Positions 1 through 8,394 of a stretch of 64,000 nucleotides of DNA are shown piece by piece. The position numbers and the translations under genes were made by a program. Under the pieces are notes generated by a model, which worked only from the letters and a program-made list of their open reading frames with translations, was not told the origin of the DNA and did no database searches. This stretch comes from Candidatus Pacebacteria bacterium CG_4_9_14_0_2_um_filter_40_15 (GTDB taxonomy: Bacteria > Patescibacteriota > Microgenomatia > UBA1400 > PJMF01): NCBI GenBank assembly GCA_002788675.1, contig PFRS01000001.1, forward strand, positions 15,009 to 79,008, given 5' to 3'. Numbering within the stretch: the first letter of the stretch is position 1; each line of letters starts with the position of its first letter.

Positions 1-3000
1 TGGGCGGAAACCCAGTTGGAAACATTAATAATTACCCTTGGATGGGTTCCTTCGATTATGAAGCATCCCATCCCTCATGTGGTGTAACACTTGTTGCCAA
101 TAATTGGGCATTAACCGCAAAGCATTGTGTTGATGATCCTGCCAACAATGTGAGTTGGGAGGAAATACAACAACTAACTCCCATTGTTCGATTTAGTAGT
201 TTAGATATGTTTTCTGGTGGAAATACATTTGCAGTAGAAACTGTCGTGACTCATTCGAGTTCTGACTTAGCATTACTAAAGTTGACTCAATCTCCTGCTG
301 TTCCTCCTGTAACGATAGCTACTGATAATAGCCTAAACTATGTAAACAATAATGTAACATTATTAGGCTGGGGTGGACTAAATAATACAGTACACTCCAC
401 ATTGCAGCAGCTATCAACACCCATTGTTAATCCACTTGATTGCGCTGTTAGTCCAAGCTCAGAGTGGATTTGTGTTGGCAATTTTGATGGACAAAGCGCC
501 GTGAAAAGGGATAGTGGTGGACCACTACTGGCCATTAAAAATGGTCAATGGGTACAAATTGGTGTTGCTTCTGGTGGCTACGCAGACTGTGTAGGTAGCA
601 ATACATGTCCTTCACATTACACAAATATTGCACCATTTTACAATTGGATCAATGATGTCATCGACAGTCAACAAGGTGGTCAAGGAAAAGTTGTTGTCTA
701 TAATCAAGACAACTTGTCAGGTGATAGCAGAGATCTCACCTATACTGTTAACTTTGGATATGAAGGCTCAAGTGCCAACTTTGGCACTTCTTCACTCTAT
801 ATCGCTAACGGTTGGTCGGCATTTATCACAAACGGCAGAGATGACTATCTGTGCGCGAGCACAAGTCTTTGGGATTTAGACCAAGACTACTATCATCCAA
901 ACCCTGGAATGAAAATTCATGGGGACATTGCCTTCATTATTACCTATAACGACACATCCTGTGGCGGAGTAGATCAAAATAATGATGGTGTACTAGATAA
1001 TGGCATCCAGTTTCAAGAACCACAAAGTGCTACTGTTCATTTCTATAATGGTGGCTCTTCTGGCGGCTCAAGCAGCGGTGGCGGCACACCAACCCCACCC
1101 TCAACTGGCCACGCCAAGCTCTACAGCCTCTCCAACTACGCCAATCCCATTGGCAACTACGGCCTGGGCTCACACAGTTTTGCCCCCAACACCTACATTC
1201 ACTCTGTGGACCTGGAAGGTGCGGGTAGCTTTATTGTCTATGCTAATGATGGTCGCAGTCGTTGTTTTAGCGAAGACATTCCCAACCTGCAAGACCATGA
1301 AGAATGGTGGAAGGATACCATCCGGATGGATGTGTATGGTAATAATGTCTGCCCAACACCAAACAGCGGTGCTTATGTGGAAATTTGGCAAGCAGCTAAC
1401 TATGGTGGTAATAAACTGGGGAACTACTATGTGGGAACACATACGTTTGCTCCAGACACCTTAATGTACGCTGTTCGGATGAAAGATGGCGCTCAAAGCT
1501 TCGTGGTGCATGCAGCAGACGGCCGTTCGCGGTGTTTCACTGGCGATATGCCAACGCTGCAAGATCACGAAGAGTGGATGCGCGAAACCATTCGCATGGA
1601 CGTGTATGACACTGATGTCTGTGAACCATTCGACTCGAACTACTACACCGGTATTATCGGTGAATGGAACTTCGACAATATGGACGGGACTCGTGTCCTT
1701 AACACTGCTGGATATGGAGACATTTTTGTTTCAAATACCAGTGTGGTAGGTGCAGGGCTGCATGGAAATGGGCTGATTGCAAATGGAACAGACTATGCCT
1801 TCAAGGAACATCCTGAAGGTGGTCTCAACCCCAATAACGATCATCCATTCTCAATTTCATTTTGGATTCAAGGACAAACAACGAGTGGCTTAGATTACCG
1901 ATTCCTCTCAAATATCAATACAGGTGGTGGGTACGACGCTGGCTGGTGGCTCCGCATGGACAAATCAACTGGCAATCTAACCTACTTTTATGGAAAAAAT
2001 GAGGGACCTGGCTACAATCACGCCACTGGGCTCGGTATTACAGGCCTGTTAGATGGACAGCCACATCACGTTGTGATCACTTTTACCGGTATGAATGGTG
2101 GTAAAACCATTCGCACCTATAAAGATGGCGTCCGCGTTGATGACAAAATGATTTCTGGTGGAGGGGATATTTCCTACAACGGATATATGTACCTCTACGT
2201 GGCACACACAACAGTTGCCACTGTCGACGAGCTCAAAATCTACCGCAGCACACTCACACAATCTGAAGTTATGGACCTGTACCTCACTGACACGCCCAAT
2301 CTTCCTTCGCCCCCACAGTCTCAAATTGGACTTGCCGGGCACTGGGATTTTGAAACTGTCAATGGCACAACCATTGTAGACTCGTCTGGGCATAATAACC
2401 TGGTGGCATCGAACGCTTCTGTGATTGATGCAACTGGTATTTTCTCCAACAGTTTACAAACAAATGGCGTTGAGTATGTGTCTGTGACAAATCCCTCAGC
2501 CGCTTTGCGGCCAGGGGATAGTGATCCGTTTTCTGTAGAATTTTGGATTGATGGAAATTCGAGCATTGGAGTTGATTACCAATTCCTCTCGAACATCCAA
2601 ACCGATACGAACGACGCTGGCTGGTGGCTCCGTATGGAAAAATCGGCTGGACAGTTAACGTATTTCTATGGAAAAGGTGGACCTGGACAGAATCATGCAA
2701 CTGGTCTTGCTATCTCAGGTTTGTTAGACGGAAACCCACATCATGTGGTTGTCACGTTTACCGGCATGAATGGTGGCAAAACCATTCGAACCTACAAAGA
2801 CAGCATCTTGGTGGATAACACAGCCATTGTTGGTGGCGATCCAATCGCCTACCATAATAACATGGCGTTCTTCATCGCTAAGAACACGCAGGCAAATGTG
2901 GACAATGTTAAAGTCTACAACCGGATACTCACTGCAGAGGAAGTTGCAACGCACTTTCTTGACGGGATTATTCTGTTACCGTTGCCTGGTTCACAGCCGA

Positions 3001-6000
3001 GTGATATTGCAACGGATTGGCCGTATAGCCAAACCTTAACAATTGATCACACTCTTGTAGCAAATGACTTAGTTAACTTTCCTGTGTTTGTTTCTGGTGA
3101 TGTATTATCTGACCATCTGTTTTCTACAATGGTCACAGAAACGTATGCTCTACCTAATTCTGGAGTAGACTTAACTGGTCTAGCTGGTTATTGGAACTTC
3201 GACGAAGAAGGGGGCAGTACTTTTGCCGATCAAGTTGGTGTGAATGATTTCTTAACTACCAATGATTCTGTCATTGGTAACAACGGCGTTTTTGGCAATG
3301 GCATTACTACAGACGGAACCAATTATGCATATATTCCCAACACCACAAATGCTCTAAAGCCTGGTGATAACTCACCATTCTCTATTTCATTTTGGGTACA
3401 GGGACAAGGAGTTGCTGGAGGCGATCTTGCCTTCCTCTCCAATATGCAAAATCCAGGATCCAATGATGTCGGCTGGTGGTTTCGCATGGATCAACCAACT
3501 GGACATTTGTGGTACTACTATGCAAAAAACGGCATTGGACAAAATCATGCTACTGGCTTAGCTATTGATAACTTACTGGATGGCAAACTACATCACGTTG
3601 TGATAACACTCACAGGCATGAATGGCAGTACAAATAAAACCATTCGTACCTATAAAGACGGTGTCCTCATCGATAATAAAATCGTCAGCGGAGGTGGTTC
3701 AATACAATACCATAGCAATATGGCGCTGTACTTGGCCAAACTCACTGGAGTTACCATCGATGATCTTGCGATCTTTAACCGAGTGCTCGCTGCGTCCGAA
3801 GTACAAACCATCTATCAAGGCAATGCCAACTATATTGACGCAAGAACCATGCGTATAACTTCAGATTCCCAAGGATTCAATGAACTACCTTTCGAGGTTG
3901 TCTCATTTAATCCCAACAGATATGAAGCTGAAATTTGGGTCAAAACTGATGTTTCTGCAACCACCGATACCAAACTCTACGTATGGTACGGAAATGCTTT
4001 AGCTGATGCGCGGCCAAGTAATCATACGTATGGGAGTGGCTCAGTATGGAGTGAGTTTGGTGTAAGAAATCACTTTAATGGCACAACTGCCGATAGCACG
4101 TTACAGTATAAACATGCTGATACTGTTGGTATCAGCTTTGTGCAAAATGCTGTAGGTGAAGGAATAAAGTCAACTGGCGGCACCGATTTTGGCCTCAAGT
4201 ACGGAAATAACTTTTCAGTCTCAACTGGGGATGCGAGATGGTCATTCTGGCTAGAAACCAACTCACCAACCGCCGGAGATGTCATATTCTCTAAAGGTCA
4301 ATCTGTGCTTGATGGATACTACTTCCAAGTTGTATCTGGTAACGCACTTAGATTCACCTCTAACCAGAATGGGACCAGCCAGGCTGTTCTTACTTCAAGC
4401 ACTCTCTCGAACAATGTTTCACATAAAATTGATGTAATAAAGAATGGTAACACTATTTCTATCTACATTGATGGTGTTGAAGCAGCGTACTCAGGGAGTC
4501 AAACAATAAATACTCCAACAAGTAACTCTAAGGATTTTTATCTCTTGAGATATAACCTAGGATCACAAGTTGGGTATTCACTAGAGCTGCCTGCTAAACT
4601 TGATGAGTTTGCTTTCCAAGCAATGGCAAGAACACCAGACTGGATCCAAACTGAGTTTGTTAACCAGTCTGATCCTGCCGCATTCTTTGGGAATGAAATT
4701 CCTGAAAGAATACTGCCAAGCTACATAGCTTCAAACTGGCCCTATAGCCAAACAATCACCATCGATCATACTCAAGTAGCCGGTGACCTCACCGATTTCC
4801 CCGTTCTGATCACTGGCGACGTAATCACAGATCACGTGTTCACAACCTTGCCATCTCAAACAAAATCTTTCCTAGAAAGCGGTGTGAGTACTGCTAACTT
4901 AGCTGGATACTGGACCTTCGATGAAACCAGCGGAACAACATTTGCCGACTATCTGGGCGCCAACAACCTCACAGCCTCAACAGCTGCTGCCGTAGGAAGT
5001 CCTGGTGTATTTGGCAACGGTTTATCTGCAAACGGGTATGCCTACAAAACTAACACCACAAGTGCTCTAAAACCTGGAAATGAAACAGATTTTTCTGTGT
5101 CTTTTTGGGTACAGGGCAGTGGAGGAAGCGGAACAGATTACTCGTTCTTGTCGAATATCCATACCAATAGCACTGATGCCGGTTGGTGGCTTGCAATGAA
5201 CAAGCCTGGCGGCTCATTTACTTACTTTTATGGTAAGAATGGGTCTGGTCTGAACCACGCTACTGGCTTATCAGTGTATCCACTTCTCGATGGGAACCTA
5301 CATCATGTCGTCGTGACATTCACGGGCATGAATGGCGGCAAAATCATCAAAACGTACCGTGATGGAGTGCTTATCGACAACAAAGCCATTGCTGCAGTCG
5401 GAGCCAATATCGCCTACCATAGCACTATGTCCTTGCGCGTAGCCTATGCAACTGGCGCAATGGTTGACGATCTGGCCATCCTTAACCGTACTTTGAGTGC
5501 TGCAGAAGTACAACAAATCTATGCAGGAAATACACCTCAAGCTGATACAAGTAGCATCAGATTCACCTCTGATGCAGAAGGCTTCCAAGAGTTGCCATTC
5601 GAAATCGTGTCTCTTGATCCTATTTCGCATGAGGCAGAAATTTGGGTACAGAGTGATCTATCCTCAACAACGGATACGTCAATCTATCTGTGGTATGGAA
5701 ATGAAGATGCGCAGGCATACGGTGCAACAGCCACCTTTGGTAGTCGGGCTGTATGGTCGAGCTACAAAGCTGTGTACCATAATCCCTTCCATCAAACAGA
5801 TAGCACGGGAACTTACACTCTAAGTTCCGTTGGATCGAATGGTCCAACTTCAACTGATGGTGCTATTTTAAGCGGGACTGATTATGGAACAGTCAAACAC
5901 TCAACCAGTGGCAGTAGTCTCTCAAGAGCTCAGAAGGTTGGCAATGATATGGGCATTCAAGGTGGTTCGTATACTATCCAGATGCTTGTAAGAGCAAATG

Positions 6001-6470
6001 GCAACATTACCGGCTCAGGAACCAACATTGATGGACTTCTGGCAATTACTGATGCGCAGTCAGATTGGCGCCCAATGATCTACACAGCAGCTAAGAATGG
6101 CGCTAGCCTTATCTTCAATCAGAGTGGCATTGGTGGTGGAACAACTGGTAGTTTGACGATTCCTAATCCCATTGGAACAGTAGAGTATGAGTACCTCACC
6201 CTCACTTACAATGGCTCACTCCTTCGTGCTTACCATGATGGAGTAGAAATTGGTTCCATGACGGTAACAGGAACACCCGTAGGAGGTTTCAATCCCTATG
6301 ACGGCGTGATAATTGGTGGTGTGCCGGGGTGGAACGGCATCGATCAGCTCTACGATTCCCTCCATGACATAGACGAAGTGCGTATTTCTGCACAAGTTAA
6401 AAGTCCTGAATGGATTACTACAGAAAGTAATGTCCTAAAAAGCCCCGAGACATTCTTCATCACACCTTAA
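1..6470 (+). CDS. Giant secreted/surface protein (5' end outside window): trypsin-like S1 serine protease, three beta/gamma-crystallin-like repeats, six LamG/ConA-like domains and two DUF2341 modules
   Basis: Frame is open to the window edge and reads (V)GGNPVGNINNYPWMGS, the trypsin N-terminus. Triad motifs ALTAKHC, DLALLKL, RDSGGP. LamG repeats G(Y/H/E)WxFD...HHVVxT...DDLAI. DUF2341 motif LPFE...EIWV...YxWYGN. Confidence 0.85.
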   Translation, partial: GGNPVGNINNYPWMGSFDYEASHPSCGVTLVANNWALTAKHCVDDPANNVSWEEIQQLTPIVRFSSLDMFSGGNTFAVETVVTHSSSDLALLKLTQSPAVPPVTIATDNSLNYVNNNVTLLGWGGLNNTVHSTLQQLSTPIVNPLDCAVSPSSEWICVGNFDGQSAVKRDSGGPLLAIKNGQWVQIGVASGGYADCVGSNTCPSHYTNIAPFYNWINDVIDSQQGGQGKVVVYNQDNLSGDSRDLTYTVNFGYEGSSANFGTSSLYIANGWSAFITNGRDDYLCASTSLWDLDQDYYHPNPGMKIHGDIAFIITYNDTSCGGVDQNNDGVLDNGIQFQEPQSATVHFYNGGSSGGSSSGGGTPTPPSTGHAKLYSLSNYANPIGNYGLGSHSFAPNTYIHSVDLEGAGSFIVYANDGRSRCFSEDIPNLQDHEEWWKDTIRMDVYGNNVCPTPNSGAYVEIWQAANYGGNKLGNYYVGTHTFAPDTLMYAVRMKDGAQSFVVHAADGRSRCFTGDMPTLQDHEEWMRETIRMDVYDTDVCEPFDSNYYTGIIGEWNFDNMDGTRVLNTAGYGDIFVSNTSVVGAGLHGNGLIANGTDYAFKEHPEGGLNPNNDHPFSISFWIQGQTTSGLDYRFLSNINTGGGYDAGWWLRMDKSTGNLTYFYGKNEGPGYNHATGLGITGLLDGQPHHVVITFTGMNGGKTIRTYKDGVRVDDKMISGGGDISYNGYMYLYVAHTTVATVDELKIYRSTLTQSEVMDLYLTDTPNLPSPPQSQIGLAGHWDFETVNGTTIVDSSGHNNLVASNASVIDATGIFSNSLQTNGVEYVSVTNPSAALRPGDSDPFSVEFWIDGNSSIGVDYQFLSNIQTDTNDAGWWLRMEKSAGQLTYFYGKGGPGQNHATGLAISGLLDGNPHHVVVTFTGMNGGKTIRTYKDSILVDNTAIVGGDPIAYHNNMAFFIAKNTQANVDNVKVYNRILTAEEVATHFLDGIILLPLPGSQPSDIATDWPYSQTLTIDHTLVANDLVNFPVFVSGDVLSDHLFSTMVTETYALPNSGVDLTGLAGYWNFDEEGGSTFADQVGVNDFLTTNDSVIGNNGVFGNGITTDGTNYAYIPNTTNALKPGDNSPFSISFWVQGQGVAGGDLAFLSNMQNPGSNDVGWWFRMDQPTGHLWYYYAKNGIGQNHATGLAIDNLLDGKLHHVVITLTGMNGSTNKTIRTYKDGVLIDNKIVSGGGSIQYHSNMALYLAKLTGVTIDDLAIFNRVLAASEVQTIYQGNANYIDARTMRITSDSQGFNELPFEVVSFNPNRYEAEIWVKTDVSATTDTKLYVWYGNALADARPSNHTYGSGSVWSEFGVRNHFNGTTADSTLQYKHADTVGISFVQNAVGEGIKSTGGTDFGLKYGNNFSVSTGDARWSFWLETNSPTAGDVIFSKGQSVLDGYYFQVVSGNALRFTSNQNGTSQAVLTSSTLSNNVSHKIDVIKNGNTISIYIDGVEAAYSGSQTINTPTSNSKDFYLLRYNLGSQVGYSLELPAKLDEFAFQAMARTPDWIQTEFVNQSDPAAFFGNEIPERILPSYIASNWPYSQTITIDHTQVAGDLTDFPVLITGDVITDHVFTTLPSQTKSFLESGVSTANLAGYWTFDETSGTTFADYLGANNLTASTAAAVGSPGVFGNGLSANGYAYKTNTTSALKPGNETDFSVSFWVQGSGGSGTDYSFLSNIHTNSTDAGWWLAMNKPGGSFTYFYGKNGSGLNHATGLSVYPLLDGNLHHVVVTFTGMNGGKIIKTYRDGVLIDNKAIAAVGANIAYHSTMSLRVAYATGAMVDDLAILNRTLSAAEVQQIYAGNTPQADTSSIRFTSDAEGFQELPFEIVSLDPISHEAEIWVQSDLSSTTDTSIYLWYGNEDAQAYGATATFGSRAVWSSYKAVYHNPFHQTDSTGTYTLSSVGSNGPTSTDGAILSGTDYGTVKHSTSGSSLSRAQKVGNDMGIQGGSYTIQMLVRANGNITGSGTNIDGLLAITDAQSDWRPMIYTAAKNGASLIFNQSGIGGGTTGSLTIPNPIGTVEYEYLTLTYNGSLLRAYHDGVEIGSMTVTGTPVGGFNPYDGVIIGGVPGWNGIDQLYDSLHDIDEVRISAQVKSPEWITTESNVLKSPETFFITP

Positions 6471-6551
6471 TATTCAACACGTTAACCTAGGTGAACGTAT
6501 ACTCACTGCTGCTTATTGCTAGCAGATAAGTGATGCATACTTCATAAATGT

Positions 6552-6584
6552 AGCCCCTTGAGAAATATCTCAAGGGGCTTTTTT
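6552..6584 (+). terminator. Intrinsic terminator after giant protease gene
   Basis: AGCCCCTTGAGA-aata-TCTCAAGGGGCT followed by T-run. Confidence 0.9.
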
Positions 6585-6591
6585 GTTCCTA

Positions 6592-6600
6592 TGCTACAAT
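6592..6600 (+). promoter_or_regulatory. Extended -10 promoter for leader peptide / chorismate mutase
   Basis: TGcTACAAT 9 nt upstream of the leader ATG at 6610. Confidence 0.65.
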
Positions 6601-6609
6601 ACACCCAAG

Positions 6610-6660
6610 ATGAAAAACACCTCATATTGCGCTACACTCTATATATACCTAGAAAAGTAG
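6610..6660 (+). CDS. Putative Tyr-sensing leader peptide MKNTSYCATLYIYLEK
   Basis: 16-codon ORF with 3 Tyr codons (TAT, TAT, TAC), directly followed by overlapping antiterminator/terminator sequences, upstream of chorismate mutase and tyrS. Confidence 0.7.
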   Translation: MKNTSYCATLYIYLEK

Positions 6661-6662
6661 AC

Positions 6663-6708
6663 GGGGTAGTGTGTTAGTTTGTACAAACCCCAGCCTTGGG
6701 GTTTTTTT
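6663..6708 (+). promoter_or_regulatory. Attenuator: antiterminator (GGGGT 6663-6667 with ACCCC 6687-6691) competing with terminator AAACCCCA-gcct-TGGGGTTT-TTTT (6685-6708)
   Basis: Mutually exclusive pairings share the CCCC segment; U-tract present. Confidence 0.7.
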
Positions 6709-6728
6709 GTTTAGAAAAAGAAAGAAAT

Positions 6729-7001
6729 ATGTCAAAAGTTACAAATGCAATCGAAAAAAAACGAGCAGAAATTGATGCTCTTAATACCCAACTAGTTGCA
6801 CTCATTGCCAAGCGAATTGGCGTGGCAAAAGAGATTGGCGAACTCAAGAAACAAGAAAAAATTGCCGTGCAAGATCATGAGCGTGAACACTTGGTACTGA
6901 CCCAAGCTCGCACTGATGCTGCTCTCTATAACATTGATGCTTCATATATCGAGGACGTCTTCCGCGCTATTATGAAAGGCGCCCGAGACGTCCAAAAATA
7001 A
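6729..7001 (+). CDS. Monofunctional AroQ-type chorismate mutase
   Basis: KRAEIDALNTQLVALIAKR...IGELK...VQDHERE motif of CM type II; ATG at 6729 preferred over TTG 6696, which lies inside the terminator. Confidence 0.85.
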   Translation: MSKVTNAIEKKRAEIDALNTQLVALIAKRIGVAKEIGELKKQEKIAVQDHEREHLVLTQARTDAALYNIDASYIEDVFRAIMKGARDVQK

Positions 7002-7048
7002 ATCGTATCAATGTTACAATAATCTAGAGAATACTCAGAAAAGAAATT

Positions 7049-8260
7049 ATGGGAAATACACAACTTACAATCGATCAAGTACTCAGCCGTGGTGTGGCCG
7101 AAGTACTCCCTGGCACAGACACACTTGCCAAACTCATGGGAGAGAAAAAAATTCGTGTCTACTTGGGTATCGATCCAACCGGCTCACTCCTTACGTTAGG
7201 TCATAGTGTGGTACTTCGTAAGCTTCAGCAGTTTGCTGAACTTGGCCACGAAGTTATCCTGCTGATAGGCAACGGCACTGTCAAAATTGGTGACCCAACC
7301 GGCAAGGACTCAACGAGACCAGAACTCACCAACGAACAAATCGAAGAGAACTTCAAAACCTGGAAAGAACAAGCCAGCAAAGTCCTCGATTTTTCAAAGA
7401 TTGAAATTAAACATAACGGGGATTGGCTCGACAAGCTAAACTACAGCGACATCGTCAAACTCATGGCAAAAACTACTGTACAACAGCTCATGGAACGAGA
7501 TATGTTCCAAGAGCGCCTTAAGGCCGGCCGACCAATTCACGGACACGAAATTATGTACCCACTGCTACAAGGCTACGACTCTGTGGTAATGGATGTTGAT
7601 CTTGAAATTGGTGGCAGCGACCAAACTTTTAATATGTTGATGGGGCGCACGCTGCAAAGACAGTATAACAACCGTGAAAAATGGGTGCTTTCAACGCCAA
7701 TTATTAATGGCACAGACGGAAGAAAGATGAGTAAATCGTACGGCAATTTTATTGCCTTAACAGAAAACCCTACCGATATGTATGGCAAGCTTATGTCCGT
7801 GGCCGACGGCATGATTATTGAGTACTTCCAAGTGCTTACCAATCTTACCAACAATGAAATTTCGCAGATGGCACAAGCAATCGAAGCAGGCCAAAATCCA
7901 ATGGAGTTTAAGAAACGTCTTGCCTTTACGATTACAGAAATGTACCATTCGACCGAGGATGCGACTATAGCAGCAGAGCACTTTAAAGCAACGGTTCAGC
8001 AAGGACACATTCCAGATGATCTACCAGAAGTTTCACTCGCAACAATTGGAAACATTTTAGAGGCTATCAAAGCCTGCATGCCAGATCAGAGTAACAGCAA
8101 TATTCGCAGACTTATTGAACAAGGAGCGGTAGAACTCTACTTCGGAGAAGCTTCAGTAAAGCCAAATGATCCGCTTGCCGACTTGCAAAAAAACCGTGAT
8201 GGCGTGGCACTTGATACCATTCGAGTGGGTAAAAGAAATTACTTTACAATAACTCTTTAG
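7049..8260 (+). CDS. tyrS: Tyrosine--tRNA ligase
   Basis: YLGIDPTG, HIGH-like TLGH, YPLLQGYD, GGSDQ, KMSKS, C-terminal S4-like domain. Confidence 0.97.
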   Translation: MGNTQLTIDQVLSRGVAEVLPGTDTLAKLMGEKKIRVYLGIDPTGSLLTLGHSVVLRKLQQFAELGHEVILLIGNGTVKIGDPTGKDSTRPELTNEQIEENFKTWKEQASKVLDFSKIEIKHNGDWLDKLNYSDIVKLMAKTTVQQLMERDMFQERLKAGRPIHGHEIMYPLLQGYDSVVMDVDLEIGGSDQTFNMLMGRTLQRQYNNREKWVLSTPIINGTDGRKMSKSYGNFIALTENPTDMYGKLMSVADGMIIEYFQVLTNLTNNEISQMAQAIEAGQNPMEFKKRLAFTITEMYHSTEDATIAAEHFKATVQQGHIPDDLPEVSLATIGNILEAIKACMPDQSNSNIRRLIEQGAVELYFGEASVKPNDPLADLQKNRDGVALDTIRVGKRNYFTITL

Positions 8261-8271
8261 AGAGGAGTTTC

Positions 8272-8376
8272 ATGAAAAAAGCTACCAAACAAAAGGTGGT
8301 ACAGGTGTTTGTGATTTTGGCAATCTTGGGCATGATTGTAAGCTCATTTGCTGGGGGCCTCCTATCACTTTACTAA
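8272..8376 (+). CDS. 34-aa single-TM small protein (DUF4044/Prli42-like) MKKATKQKVVQVFVILAILGMIVSSFAGGLLSLY
   Basis: SD GAGGAG before ATG; fills the tyrS-recG gap; basic N-terminus plus hydrophobic helix. Confidence 0.7.
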   Translation: MKKATKQKVVQVFVILAILGMIVSSFAGGLLSLY

Positions 8377-8394
8377 CTTTGAGAACAGCACTCC

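Noticed and set aside
6480-7048. T-box riboswitch before tyrS
   Set aside because: No T-box UGGNACC antiterminator bulge or Stem I; a leader-peptide attenuator fits better
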